A stretch of 63,566 nucleotides of DNA, counting the filler, from an uncultured Myxococcia bacterium (lineage in GTDB: Bacteria > CAZTWC01), in the NCBI GenBank assembly GCA_964617105.1. It is 3 parts of 3 records of this genome, joined end to end, with 100 filler letters (N's around TTAATTAATTAA, not from the genome) between each part and the next. Parts side by side here need not be neighbours in the genome. Positions count along the whole stretch, not along the records: positions 13,138 to 43,539 come from CAZTWC010000010.1; 2 more parts are not named here. The stretch is one strand, 5' to 3'. Positions 29,462 to 39,221 of this stretch are shown piece by piece (within the stretch, counting starts at the first letter, position 1; every line of letters begins with the position of its first letter). The notes under the pieces were generated by a model that saw only the letters and a program-made list of their open reading frames with translations, was not told the DNA's origin and searched no databases. Made by a program: the position numbers and the translations under genes.

Positions 29462-31813
29462 ATGTCTTTAGCGGAAAGAGCTAGAAGGATCGACCCTTCC
29501 GTCACTTTGAAAATCTCGGCCAGGGCCAGCGCCATGAAAAGGGAAGGGAAAGATATCATCGACCTTAGTGTGGGTGAACCAGATTTCGCTACTCCTGAAA
29601 ATATCAAAGAAGCCGGTAAAATGGCCATAGACACTAATTTTACCAAATACACTCCCTCCAGCGGTATCTTGGAGTTAAAAGAGGCAATTGTGGAAAAATT
29701 CAGGCTGGACCACCAGGTGAGGTATAGCCCCTCGCAAATATTGGTGTCAGCCGGAGCCAAGATGTGTCTTTACACTCTCTGTCAGGCTTTGTTGGATGAG
29801 GGTGACGAGGTGATAATCCCGTCTCCTTATTGGGTTTCCTATCCTGAAATGACTAAAATGGCCGGAGCCGAACCGGTTTATGTGCAGACCGAAGAAGAGA
29901 ATAATTTTTTGCTCACTCCCACCCAATTTAAGGACCATGTTTCTACTAATACCAAGGCTATTTTCTTAAATAACCCAGTAAATCCTACTGGCGCCGGTTA
30001 TTCCCGGCACCAGTTGATGGAAATAGCGGAAGTGGCTCTTCAAGAGGATATTTATGTTATTGCCGATGAAATATACGAGAAACTGATCTATGATGATTTC
30101 TCTTTTTGTTGTTTTGCCAGCCTGGGAGATGATGTAAAGGCAAAAACCATTGTTATCAACGGAGTGTCCAAAGCCTATTCTATGACCGGATGGAGGATAG
30201 GATACGCGGCCGGCCCGGAAGAGATAATCAGTGCCATGAGCAAGATCCAGTCTCACAGCACCTCTAACCCCTGTTCCATTGCTCAGAAAGCCAGCGTGGA
30301 AGCGATTTTGGGGCCCCAGGGAAAGATTTCCCAGATGAGGGCGGAATTTCAAAAAAGGCGCAACTATTTAATTCAAAAACTGGGTTCAATTCCCCATGTT
30401 TCCTGCTCTGAACCCCAGGGTGCCTTTTACCTGTTTCCCAATTTGTCGCATTACTATAACAAAGTTTATAAGGGCAGAGAGATAAGAAATTCTCATGGAC
30501 TGGCTTTCTACCTGTTAAACCAGGCTCAAGTAGCCATAGTTCCAGGCGCGGCTTTTGGAGATGATCGCTATATTCGCATCTCCTATGCAACTTCTATGGA
30601 CCTTTTAGAAAAAGCCATGGAGCGGATTTGCGGTGCTTTGCAGTTATTAAAGACCCCGTCTAAAGTAAAGAAGATGACTCTGGCCAATACCAATACCAGA
30701 TCGCAACAGCAGGTTTCCCTTGAGGAGATTTCCCAGGAGATGCGCAATGCTTTGGTGGCTGAGGCTGAGGCCCACCTCCATTTTCATAATTATTACGAGT
30801 GGAACGCCAATATCAGCGGCGTGGTAGTGCAACTACGAACTAATATTGCCCACCTCTACAATTTTTGGCAGGAAAATTGGTATCCTGCCCAGTTGGAAAC
30901 AGACCTGGAGCCTCATGCTATTGTTTACGCAGTGGGATCTGTAACCGGACGACAGGGACACGCTTTTTACAATTCAGATACCAAAACCGCGGTGCTATTT
31001 AACCAGGATTTTTACCAGCAATTGCGCTCTATAGCGTTAGGAGTGGTGGCAGATGTGGTGGAGCAATTGTTTGGAGTGCACCTGGTAAGAGGGATGGGAT
31101 TGGAAATTAACGGCCGGGGAGTTTTATTGCTTGCGCCTGGGGGCACGGGTAAATTCCGGCTGCTGTTCGACTTACTGAAGTGTTCAGATAAGGGGCGTCT
31201 TCTTTCGTTGGATGCTCTGTTTGTCAGGTATAACCGAAATCAGGTTTGGGCTGAAAACGGGGAGAGAAAACTCTATTTACCCACCAGATCAGTGGAGTCT
31301 TATGAAAAATTTGCTCCTCTTTTTGACCGGGGTAAAACTGAAAATGTGGTCAGCCTTTTAAGTGAATGCACAGATTTGGAATGTAAGCAGAAAGATATCT
31401 GTCGCCTGGATCGCGGCTCACCTTATTGCTTCAAGGCATCTAAGAGTTCTTATGCTCTTTTAGACCCCTATTGGCTGGGCGGAACCGAAAAGTATTGCAA
31501 AAGGAGTCCAATAGATACGGTTCTGCTGCTAAAGCGGGATCAGACCTCTCCTCCATTGGTTCCATGCCGGGAGGATGACGCTGTGCATATATTGGAATCT
31601 GGGGGAAACTCTGGTTTGCCAATAGGGTATGGCCAGGAATCGGAAACAGGCAGCGGACAGTTTTTTAACCCCCATTTGCTGGTTAAATCGTCCCGGCGGC
31701 TGGAATGGCAGAAACAGGCTTTTATCCAACTTTTCCAAGGCACCAAATGTTATCAGGTTAATACCGGTGCTTCCAGGGAACAATTACTGGAGCGGTTAAA
31801 AGAGATCTTGTGA
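29462..31813 (+). CDS. Aspartate aminotransferase (class I) fused to a C-terminal PEPCK/HPrK-fold P-loop domain
   Basis: aa 1-~395: GEPDF, DEIY, SKAYSMTGWRIG, RISYA; aa ~400-783: APGGTGK, ENV, FNPHLL, VNTG collinear with PEPCK motifs. Confidence 0.85.
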   Translation: MSLAERARRIDPSVTLKISARASAMKREGKDIIDLSVGEPDFATPENIKEAGKMAIDTNFTKYTPSSGILELKEAIVEKFRLDHQVRYSPSQILVSAGAKMCLYTLCQALLDEGDEVIIPSPYWVSYPEMTKMAGAEPVYVQTEEENNFLLTPTQFKDHVSTNTKAIFLNNPVNPTGAGYSRHQLMEIAEVALQEDIYVIADEIYEKLIYDDFSFCCFASLGDDVKAKTIVINGVSKAYSMTGWRIGYAAGPEEIISAMSKIQSHSTSNPCSIAQKASVEAILGPQGKISQMRAEFQKRRNYLIQKLGSIPHVSCSEPQGAFYLFPNLSHYYNKVYKGREIRNSHGLAFYLLNQAQVAIVPGAAFGDDRYIRISYATSMDLLEKAMERICGALQLLKTPSKVKKMTLANTNTRSQQQVSLEEISQEMRNALVAEAEAHLHFHNYYEWNANISGVVVQLRTNIAHLYNFWQENWYPAQLETDLEPHAIVYAVGSVTGRQGHAFYNSDTKTAVLFNQDFYQQLRSIALGVVADVVEQLFGVHLVRGMGLEINGRGVLLLAPGGTGKFRLLFDLLKCSDKGRLLSLDALFVRYNRNQVWAENGERKLYLPTRSVESYEKFAPLFDRGKTENVVSLLSECTDLECKQKDICRLDRGSPYCFKASKSSYALLDPYWLGGTEKYCKRSPIDTVLLLKRDQTSPPLVPCREDDAVHILESGGNSGLPIGYGQESETGSGQFFNPHLLVKSSRRLEWQKQAFIQLFQGTKCYQVNTGASREQLLERLKEIL

Positions 31814-31873
31814 CCGCGCGGTTGAAGTTTCAATCTTAATATATATATTAATGTAATAGGTAGGTCGAAAACC

Positions 31874-33709
31874 ATGTATGATCAAAACGCGTATGACCGA
31901 TTTGCCAGGGAACTGAAGCATTTGATCAAAGGACCAAACATCAAACCGGTCAGCCTTAAATGGCTAAAAAAACAGGCAGGGATTACGGCCACCAAAACTA
32001 AAAATGGCAGTTGGGGATGGCGTTCTGCGGTTTCCAGTCGTATTGGCCCCAAGACTGTTTATTTGGGCGAAGAGCAGGTCAGGCTGCCGAAACCTTCCGA
32101 ACTACATAAAGATATTATCAGCAAAGCCCCCCAGCAATTGGAAAAAGTAATCCATTTACTAAGGACCTTACCTTTTTATTTGATCAGAAGGCGGATGGGC
32201 GAAAATGATATTTTTAACCCTTTTTGTAATCTGTTGGTCAGCGCAGCCTGCCTGAAAAATTACCGGCTAGGCTATATGTGGTCCAATACGGTTTTTAAAC
32301 CAGATAAGAGGCCTGGTCCAGAATTTTTTATGGTCCATATTCCCGAGGAGCACCAACTACGCCAGCAGGTGCTGGCTATGCCCCAGCACAATATCAACAT
32401 TGCCATGGGTTCCGATTACATGGGGGAGGATAAAAAGGGCTTTTTGCGCCAGGCCATGTGGCGGGCCGACCAAATGGGCATGGTAGGACTCCATGCCGGC
32501 ACCAAGATAGTTATGGCCAGAGATATTAAAACTGGCCAGATCAAAAAGTATGGGGTATTTCTATTTGGACTGAGTGCAACCGGAAAATCAACCTGGTCAT
32601 GCCACCAACTGGGTTTAAACTGGGACGATGGTGAACGTACCGAGGTGATACAGGATGACATCGTCTTTTTAAGAAAAGATGGCTCCGCCCTGGGCAGTGA
32701 AAACGGTTTTTTTGTTAAAACCGATGTGCACCAAGATCAGCAAGAGGCTATGTATTATGCCCTTAGTCATAAAACAGCCCTGTTAGAGAATGTTATGATA
32801 AATGCTAAGGGCGAGGTGGATTTTCTCGACGAAAGCCTTTGCGGCAATGGTCGCTCGGTGATCAGACGAAAAGAGTTAAAAATTAAACGAAATAATCGTT
32901 TAATGCCTATCTATAGTTCCAGCATTAATTTGCCGCCTTTAGAGGAGTTGGATGGATTGGTATTTGCCTTTATCACCAGGCGTAATACCATCATGTCCTT
33001 TGCTCAGGAGTTGAATCCACAGCAGGCGGTGTTGGCCTATTTATGGGGGGAATCTTCCCATAGTTATGCTTCCAATCCTGCCAAGGCTGGAGAATCTGTG
33101 CGCACGGTGGGCACAGATCCTTTTATAGTCGGTTCCAGGGCTGTCAAGGTAAATCGGTTTTACGACATCATTATGGATCTATATGAGCGTTTTCCCGACA
33201 AAGTCAAGTTCATGCAATACAACACCGGCGGTATTGGCGAGATTATCAATATTTTTCAGGATGGAGAAAAGAGAGTAAAGAAGTTGGTCAGAAAAGTGGA
33301 GAGAGTGCCCCTTAGTTTGATGTCCGCCATTCAGAGGGGTGATTTGCGGGGAACCAATACCTATACCAGGGGGATGCTTGGCACCAGGGATATTGTCCAG
33401 TGTGAAGGGAAAAGTATGAGCGAATATTCTTCCCAAAACTACTATAGCCAGGAACAGATAGACCAGTATATTGTAGATTTGGTGGAAGGGCGTCGAAAAT
33501 ATACTCAGGAGATCGCTTCTGAGGGTTTGCGGCAGGAGGTAATTCAGGCAGCAGAGAAATCTTTTGTCATTTCCGATAAAGTTTCTAAGGGCATATTGAC
33601 TTCAAAAGCCAGCCAGGATGAACCAGAACCTGAACAACATAAACCGGTACCAGGCCGGTTAAGCAGCATTGCCAGGCCCAAAAGGGGCTCTGGTTGGCGT
33701 TATGGGTGA
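31874..33709 (+). CDS. pckA: Phosphoenolpyruvate carboxykinase (ATP), divergent type
   Basis: YMGEDKKG, LHAG, GLSATGKST, QDD, GSENGFFVKT, LENV, NGR, GTDPF, NTG. Confidence 0.8.
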   Translation: MYDQNAYDRFARELKHLIKGPNIKPVSLKWLKKQAGITATKTKNGSWGWRSAVSSRIGPKTVYLGEEQVRLPKPSELHKDIISKAPQQLEKVIHLLRTLPFYLIRRRMGENDIFNPFCNLLVSAACLKNYRLGYMWSNTVFKPDKRPGPEFFMVHIPEEHQLRQQVLAMPQHNINIAMGSDYMGEDKKGFLRQAMWRADQMGMVGLHAGTKIVMARDIKTGQIKKYGVFLFGLSATGKSTWSCHQLGLNWDDGERTEVIQDDIVFLRKDGSALGSENGFFVKTDVHQDQQEAMYYALSHKTALLENVMINAKGEVDFLDESLCGNGRSVIRRKELKIKRNNRLMPIYSSSINLPPLEELDGLVFAFITRRNTIMSFAQELNPQQAVLAYLWGESSHSYASNPAKAGESVRTVGTDPFIVGSRAVKVNRFYDIIMDLYERFPDKVKFMQYNTGGIGEIINIFQDGEKRVKKLVRKVERVPLSLMSAIQRGDLRGTNTYTRGMLGTRDIVQCEGKSMSEYSSQNYYSQEQIDQYIVDLVEGRRKYTQEIASEGLRQEVIQAAEKSFVISDKVSKGILTSKASQDEPEPEQHKPVPGRLSSIARPKRGSGWRYG

Positions 33710-33769
33710 TTAGTTGCCCGGAGGGGCTCTAGTTGGCAATTTTATAGGATTTATTTATAGGATTATCTA

Positions 33770-34414
33770 ATGGAAATAATTTTTAGATCGATAAAAAGCC
33801 TGGAAAATCAAATAGATAGTTTTCTGGATGCAGTCAGTGAGGGTGCCCTGATCTTTGAAGAGGGGATAAAAAAGTATGTGGAAGAGGATTGGAAAACCTT
33901 TGAAGAAATTATTGCGGCTATAAATATTCTGGAGAATCGAGCCGATGATATGCGCCGTATTGTGGAGGGGGAGTTATACAGCCACACTTTGATCCCGGAA
34001 TCGCGCGGTGATGTTCTTGGTTTGCTTGAAACCATGGACAATGTTATTGATACGTCCAAAAAGACTCTCTCTACCTTTAATATCGAGCATCCTGAAATTC
34101 CAATCGAACTACGCAAAGATTTTATTGACCTGGCCAGTAAGTCCACCATGGCCACCCAGGAGTTGGTTATGGCGGCTCGCGCATTTTTCAAGGATGTGGC
34201 CGCGATTAAAAATTATTTGCACAAGGTGATTTTTTACGAAAAGGAGGCAGATAGGGTAGAGGAGAAATTAAATACTGAAATTTTTTCCTCAGATCTTGAC
34301 CTGGCCCAAAAAATGCACCTCCGCTATTTTACCTTCCTAATAGCCAGAGTATCTGATCAGGCCGAAGGTGTTGCTGATCGCCTAAGGATATACGCCATAA
34401 AACGCTCCGTATAA
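33770..34414 (+). CDS. DUF47/PhoU-like phosphate transport regulator
   Basis: ENRADD, EKEAD, SDQAE..AD helical motifs; upstream of a PiT gene. Confidence 0.9.
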   Translation: MEIIFRSIKSLENQIDSFLDAVSEGALIFEEGIKKYVEEDWKTFEEIIAAINILENRADDMRRIVEGELYSHTLIPESRGDVLGLLETMDNVIDTSKKTLSTFNIEHPEIPIELRKDFIDLASKSTMATQELVMAARAFFKDVAAIKNYLHKVIFYEKEADRVEEKLNTEIFSSDLDLAQKMHLRYFTFLIARVSDQAEGVADRLRIYAIKRSV

Positions 34415-34416
34415 CC

Positions 34417-34479
34417 TTAAGAATGTGGATGCATCTCGGCTAACGGCGCCTTGTTATCCGAGCGCCTCCACATTCTTAA
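34417..34479. repeat. Internally deleted copy of the 892-1014 palindromic element
   Basis: TTAAGAATGTGGA...TCCACATTCTTAA outer stem enclosing GCATCTCGGCTAAC joined to GGCGCCTTGTTATCCGAGCGC. Confidence 0.8.
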
Positions 34480-34639
34480 CTTATTCGATGCTTTCCGCTT
34501 AACTGCCGCCGTAGGTGATCCCTTTTGGATGTTGCCGTCCGCGCCAAAGAACTCAGTGTTATCAATAACATATACAAGACATGCGAAGTTAAATATTGGT
34601 GATTTTTTAGCCTGCTATTGCTTTGGGAATTCATATTAG

Positions 34640-34790
34640 CGGCCCCGACTATTCAGCGATTGAACAAAGCGGAAAGAAAAACATTCCAATTATTCACTCG
34701 CTGAACAATCCAGGAGATGCCCAGAGCCAAACATTCAATCGCTGAATAGTCGGGGCCGGGGTCAGCGCAAAGAAGAGTTCAACGACTGAA
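34640..34790. repeat. Phased TTCA-N5-TGAA palindrome array with a perfect 25-bp inverted repeat
   Basis: Units start at 34652, 34693, 34734, 34778; 34640-34664 is the exact reverse complement of 34734-34758. Confidence 0.85.
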
Positions 34791-34925
34791 TAGTCGCCAC
34801 GGGCGGCCCCGTTGCTGCGTCATAATTTTGTCGCTGTTTTAAATGCTCGGTAAAATAATTTTATTTACTTTTTTTATGTGTTATGCTTTGCTGAGATTAA
34901 CGGTTTAATATCAGGAGGTTATCTT

Positions 34926-36404
34926 TTGCTAACAATATTATTTTTATCCAGTGGATTATTTTTAGGGTGGTCCCTGGGTGCCAATGACGCTGCCAATATA
35001 TTTGGAACAGCGGTAGGAACCCGGATGATTAAATTCAGGACCGCTGCTATACTGTGTTCTATTTTTGTTATAATAGGGGCTGTAATAGGAGGGGAGGGTG
35101 CTTCACATACTCTGGGCAAACTTGGCTCGATTAATGCCATGGCGGGTTCATTTATGGTGGCTTTTTCCGCTGCTTTCACAATATTTTGGATGACCAGATT
35201 AAAACTTCCGGTTTCTACTTCACAAGCCATTGTGGGCGCCATAATAGGCTGGAATTTTTTTTCCGGTAATCTTACCGACACCAGGTCTTTGGCCAAAATT
35301 GTTCTCACCTGGTTCTTGTGTCCCTTTTTAGCCGCTATTTTTGCAGTGCTTCTCTATTGGATGGCAAAAACTTATTTGTCCAAGATTAAACTTCACCTAT
35401 TGCGCCTTGATTGGTATACCCGAATAATGCTTTGTCTGGTCGGCATTTTCGGCGCCTATAGCCTGGGGGCCAACAATATTGCCAATGTTATGGGTGTGTT
35501 TATACACTCCACCCCCTTTGCTGACCTGCAAATATGGTCTCTATCACTTAGCAAAGCCCAGCAACTGTTTTTTCTCGGCAGTATAGCCATTGCAGTTGGG
35601 GTTTTTACCTATTCCTACCGCGTAATGACCACGGTAGGAAACGAAATATTTAAGTTATCTCCCATAACCGCCCTGGTAGTGGTACTATCCGAAGCACTGG
35701 TATTGTTTATCTTTGCGTCCGAGGGGTTGGAGCATTGGCTGGTGTCTAACCATCTTCCTGCTTTACCCCTGGTCCCAGTTTCCAGTTCCCAGGCTGTAAT
35801 TGGCGCAGTAGTGGGCATTGCGCTTATCAAGGGCGGCAGTGGATTTAAATACCGGTTATTGGGAGAGATTGGCGCTGGCTGGGTTGCAACCCCGGTGGTA
35901 GCGGGAATAATGGCTTTTTTTTCTCTTTTTTTTCTGCAAAATGTTTTTCACCAGCAGGTTTACAAACCGGTCCAATATCAACTCTCACCTCCAGTTTTAA
36001 AAAAATTGCATCAGCAGGGAATATACACCGGAAAAATGCCCTTTTTGCAGGAGAAAAAGTTTAACAAAGCCACCGACCTTTATCACCAACTGCTTAAGAA
36101 TCATCTATGCAGCAAGGAGGAGGCGCTGGAGGTGGTTAAGTTTTCCAAAATCGAATCAATTTCGGTTGATACCTCGCGGTTGCAGAAAAATAACATTGAG
36201 TTTTTGAGCAAAGAGCAATTAAAGGCGGTAATCAGTTTGGCGGGAAAGTCCTTTTATCACCGGTGGCAGTTTCATGCTGCTTTGGTGAAAATTACTCCGG
36301 AATGGAATCTAAAAGAGGAAAATATTTTAAATAAGCGTTACAATCGTGAGATAAAAGGGAAACTAAACTATCTTAATCGTCTGTTGTCGGTTCAAGCGCG
36401 TTGA
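34926..36404 (+). CDS. PiT-family inorganic phosphate transporter with C-terminal soluble extension
   Basis: GANDAAN, PVSTSQAIVG, GANNIAN, PVSSSQAVIG; AGGAGG RBS before TTG 34926. Confidence 0.92.
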   Translation: MLTILFLSSGLFLGWSLGANDAANIFGTAVGTRMIKFRTAAILCSIFVIIGAVIGGEGASHTLGKLGSINAMAGSFMVAFSAAFTIFWMTRLKLPVSTSQAIVGAIIGWNFFSGNLTDTRSLAKIVLTWFLCPFLAAIFAVLLYWMAKTYLSKIKLHLLRLDWYTRIMLCLVGIFGAYSLGANNIANVMGVFIHSTPFADLQIWSLSLSKAQQLFFLGSIAIAVGVFTYSYRVMTTVGNEIFKLSPITALVVVLSEALVLFIFASEGLEHWLVSNHLPALPLVPVSSSQAVIGAVVGIALIKGGSGFKYRLLGEIGAGWVATPVVAGIMAFFSLFFLQNVFHQQVYKPVQYQLSPPVLKKLHQQGIYTGKMPFLQEKKFNKATDLYHQLLKNHLCSKEEALEVVKFSKIESISVDTSRLQKNNIEFLSKEQLKAVISLAGKSFYHRWQFHAALVKITPEWNLKEENILNKRYNREIKGKLNYLNRLLSVQAR

Positions 36405-36440
36405 TAAAGGCCCATCTGCTGCTAGTCCTTATAAAATCAA

Positions 36441-37817
36441 TCAGGGCACTTTTCCCTGAATTCTCAGGGTACCAAAATCGCCACCATCATCACCATCACC
36501 ACCGGCCATAATAATGGCAGTAGTAGCGGCTCCTCCGACCACAGCCGCACCAATAGTCCACACCCACCATTTTTTATACCAGGGCTTTTCTGGGAGTCTC
36601 TCCAGTTTGATATCCACCAGGTTGGTATAAGGCGATATTACCACAAAGGGCATCTCAAACTCTCGGAACCCATTGGCTACCACTCGAATATTGTGGCGTC
36701 CCTCCAGGAGGTTATCGATAGTCTCCTGATAGGTTTTTAGGTAATTTCCATCTAAATAGATCCTGGCTTTGGCTGGAGTTACCCGTAGTTTGATTTGACC
36801 ATGTTCTTTTTCTTTGGGCATATTTTCTTTTTCCATCAAGTAGCGGGCCAGGAACTTGACATATAATTTGAGATTAAAGAGATTGCCGGGCCAAAATTGG
36901 TGTAATCTCTTTTCCACGGAAAGTCCGGCAGTAACGTTTATCAGTTGGATATTTATTTCAAACCCATGCAGTTTGTGGTTGACGGTAAAAATTACCATGT
37001 AATCTATTTCCACCGATCTGGCCAGGTTTACCAGGCAGGAATCGTCCTTGCATCCCCTCATCAATTCCTCACCCGTATTTTCCAGACGCTTGTAAAGATC
37101 TTCCACTCCAATAACCCAATATTTACGATTAGCACCAATCTCCTCTTTGATGGAGAGCCCCAACTCTTTTTCTATTTTTTTATCCAGAGTGGAGCACTTA
37201 AAGGGCGCCACTACCACCGAGGAGGCTGATAAGTTGTCACTAACATTTTTGTTTTCAGCCGGGATTCCCAGGATATCGGGAAAGAAAAGTTTTCCCACCA
37301 TCAGGTTGATCGCCATACTGATCTCCTCCAGCCCACCTACCACTTTGCGGCTTATTTTTCTTTTGATATCGGGTTGACTTAAATTGATAACCATCAGATG
37401 GATTATGTAAGTCTTTTCACTTTTTTCCAACATTTTGTCAGTTTTATCATCAGGAGATTCTACCATCAGATTGATAAGCCGGTTTACTTGCAGTTTTTCA
37501 CCAATCGCCTTGAAACAATCAATTTTTGGGCCGCAGTTCTGAGCAGTGGCGATTTCAGACTTACTGACCAGAGACAGTATATCCAGATCGGTTATAAGTT
37601 CGAATAGTTGAAGTTTATCCACTTCGCTGATCAAAAAAGTGTTGATTGTAAAAGCCAACTCTTTTCCAAGGTTGTAACCAGCCACTGGCAAAACAGCGAC
37701 TTTTTCTTTAGTCTGGGCCATTGCCAGCCTGGTTGACCAGGTCAGGCAGAGCAATATTATCAGGGTCAATAACAGGGTTGAGCAAATATAGGTGTGAATT
37801 TTTTTTCCCATAATCAT
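36441..37817 (-). CDS. Secreted PEGA-domain protein with tandem N-terminal domains and C-terminal membrane anchor
   Basis: Signal peptide; PEGA-like VTPAKARIYLDG..GRHNIRVVANG; PWYKKWWVW followed by TM. Confidence 0.75.
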   Translation of the reverse strand: MIMGKKIHTYICSTLLLTLIILLCLTWSTRLAMAQTKEKVAVLPVAGYNLGKELAFTINTFLISEVDKLQLFELITDLDILSLVSKSEIATAQNCGPKIDCFKAIGEKLQVNRLINLMVESPDDKTDKMLEKSEKTYIIHLMVINLSQPDIKRKISRKVVGGLEEISMAINLMVGKLFFPDILGIPAENKNVSDNLSASSVVVAPFKCSTLDKKIEKELGLSIKEEIGANRKYWVIGVEDLYKRLENTGEELMRGCKDDSCLVNLARSVEIDYMVIFTVNHKLHGFEINIQLINVTAGLSVEKRLHQFWPGNLFNLKLYVKFLARYLMEKENMPKEKEHGQIKLRVTPAKARIYLDGNYLKTYQETIDNLLEGRHNIRVVANGFREFEMPFVVISPYTNLVDIKLERLPEKPWYKKWWVWTIGAAVVGGAATTAIIMAGGDGDDGGDFGTLRIQGKVP

Positions 37818-38224
37818 CCTCTGGGTAAAATTAGATCAGGATAGTATTTGAAAATTTTTACCATAAACAACTGTTTATGTCAATTTCAGACAAATAAATC
37901 GAGAGCAAAGGGTGTGGGAAGAATAAGCGCCCAAAAAAAATATTTGGTCCGGAAATTGCAACATAATTTAGTTATAGAGCCTGGTTAAAGGCAAATTGGG
38001 TAATTTAGCCTTTGGTACTGGCCAATGGAACCTTTATGAGGAGCACCAATGATAGTAAATAGCAAATTGTTGACACCAGGGGGGAAAAAATTGTCAGGTA
38101 GGCATTTTTTTCCGGTTCAAACTGGAGAGAAGAACGGTGAAATGGTGTTAGAAATAGCATTTGCAACTTGTAACACACTGAAAAAACAGGACAAAAATAG
38201 TGACAGCGATATTGTTGGTGATTA

Positions 38225-38240
38225 TGGCACGCCGTTTGCA
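38225..38240 (+). promoter_or_regulatory. sigma54 (-24/-12) promoter of flagellin
   Basis: TGGCAC-GCCGT-TTGCA, exact consensus, 60 bp before the ATG. Confidence 0.85.
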
Positions 38241-38300
38241 TAATAATCTATTATTATAAAGAAGAAATTTATTTTGTTGATATTTTCTGGGAGGTAAAAA

Positions 38301-39143
38301 ATGGGTATTTCAATTCGCAGTAATGTTTCTTCATTGACTGCACAGAGAAATTTAAACCAGACCCAGAAAGAACTTTCGCAATCGTTACAACGGTTATCAT
38401 CTGGTTACCGGATCAACAAAGCCGGTGATGATGCTGCAGGCCTTGGTATTAGTGAAAATCTAAGAGCCCAGATAAAATGTATCAATCAGGCCCAGCGAAA
38501 TGCTAACGATGGTATCAGCTTGATCCAGACGGCAGAGGGTGCTCTCAACGAGATCAGTTCTATTATGATCCGGCTACGGGAACTTGCTATTCAGAGTGCT
38601 AATGACACCCTTATTACCAGAGACCGGAGTTTTTTGAACAGTGAATATGAAGCCTTAATGGAGGAGGTGAACCGCATAGCCAGTTCCACTGAGTTTAATG
38701 GTAAGTTTTTACTTAACGGCACTTTTTCTGCTTCAGCTATCGAGTTTCAGATTGGGCTGGAAGATAATACTAATGACCGAATATCACTCACCATTGCCAA
38801 CGTAGGCACAGGCAGTATAGGTGATTCCGGTGATGGAAACAGTCNNNNNNNNNNNNNNACTACCTCAAGAGGTTCTTTGGACATTATTGATAAAGCGATT
38901 TCCGATATATCATCTACCAGAGCCAAACTCGGTGCTATGCAGAACAGGCTAAACTCCACCATCGTCAACTTGGCCTCTTCATCGGAAAACTTAACTGCAG
39001 CCAATTCTCGAATCAGGGATGTAAATATAGCCAATGAAACGGCAAACTTAACGCGTAGTCAGATACTGATCCAAGCCGGTGTATCAGTTTTAGCCCAGGC
39101 CAATTCTTCGCCTCAGATTGCGCTCTCATTACTACAGGGATAA
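38301..39143 (+). CDS. fliC: Flagellin (short form; N gap at 38845-38858)
   Basis: LSSGYRINKAGDDAAGL, NANDGISLIQTAEGAL, SRIRD, LAQAN. Confidence 0.95.
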   Translation: MGISIRSNVSSLTAQRNLNQTQKELSQSLQRLSSGYRINKAGDDAAGLGISENLRAQIKCINQAQRNANDGISLIQTAEGALNEISSIMIRLRELAIQSANDTLITRDRSFLNSEYEALMEEVNRIASSTEFNGKFLLNGTFSASAIEFQIGLEDNTNDRISLTIANVGTGSIGDSGDGNSXXXXXTTSRGSLDIIDKAISDISSTRAKLGAMQNRLNSTIVNLASSSENLTAANSRIRDVNIANETANLTRSQILIQAGVSVLAQANSSPQIALSLLQG

Positions 39144-39221
39144 TTTGAGGGGCTCGGGTGCGCCGGGCCTTTATCCCGCTAATGAAGCGGAAGCGCCTCT
39201 GCATTCTTACTGTCTAATTAT

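Noticed and set aside
34640-34790. Possible mini CRISPR array
   Set aside because: Units are partly inverted, share only short cores, the period is 41-44 bp and there are no cas genes; kept as a non-CRISPR finding
38845-38858. Odd central region of flagellin
   Set aside because: It spans an N gap of uncertain length
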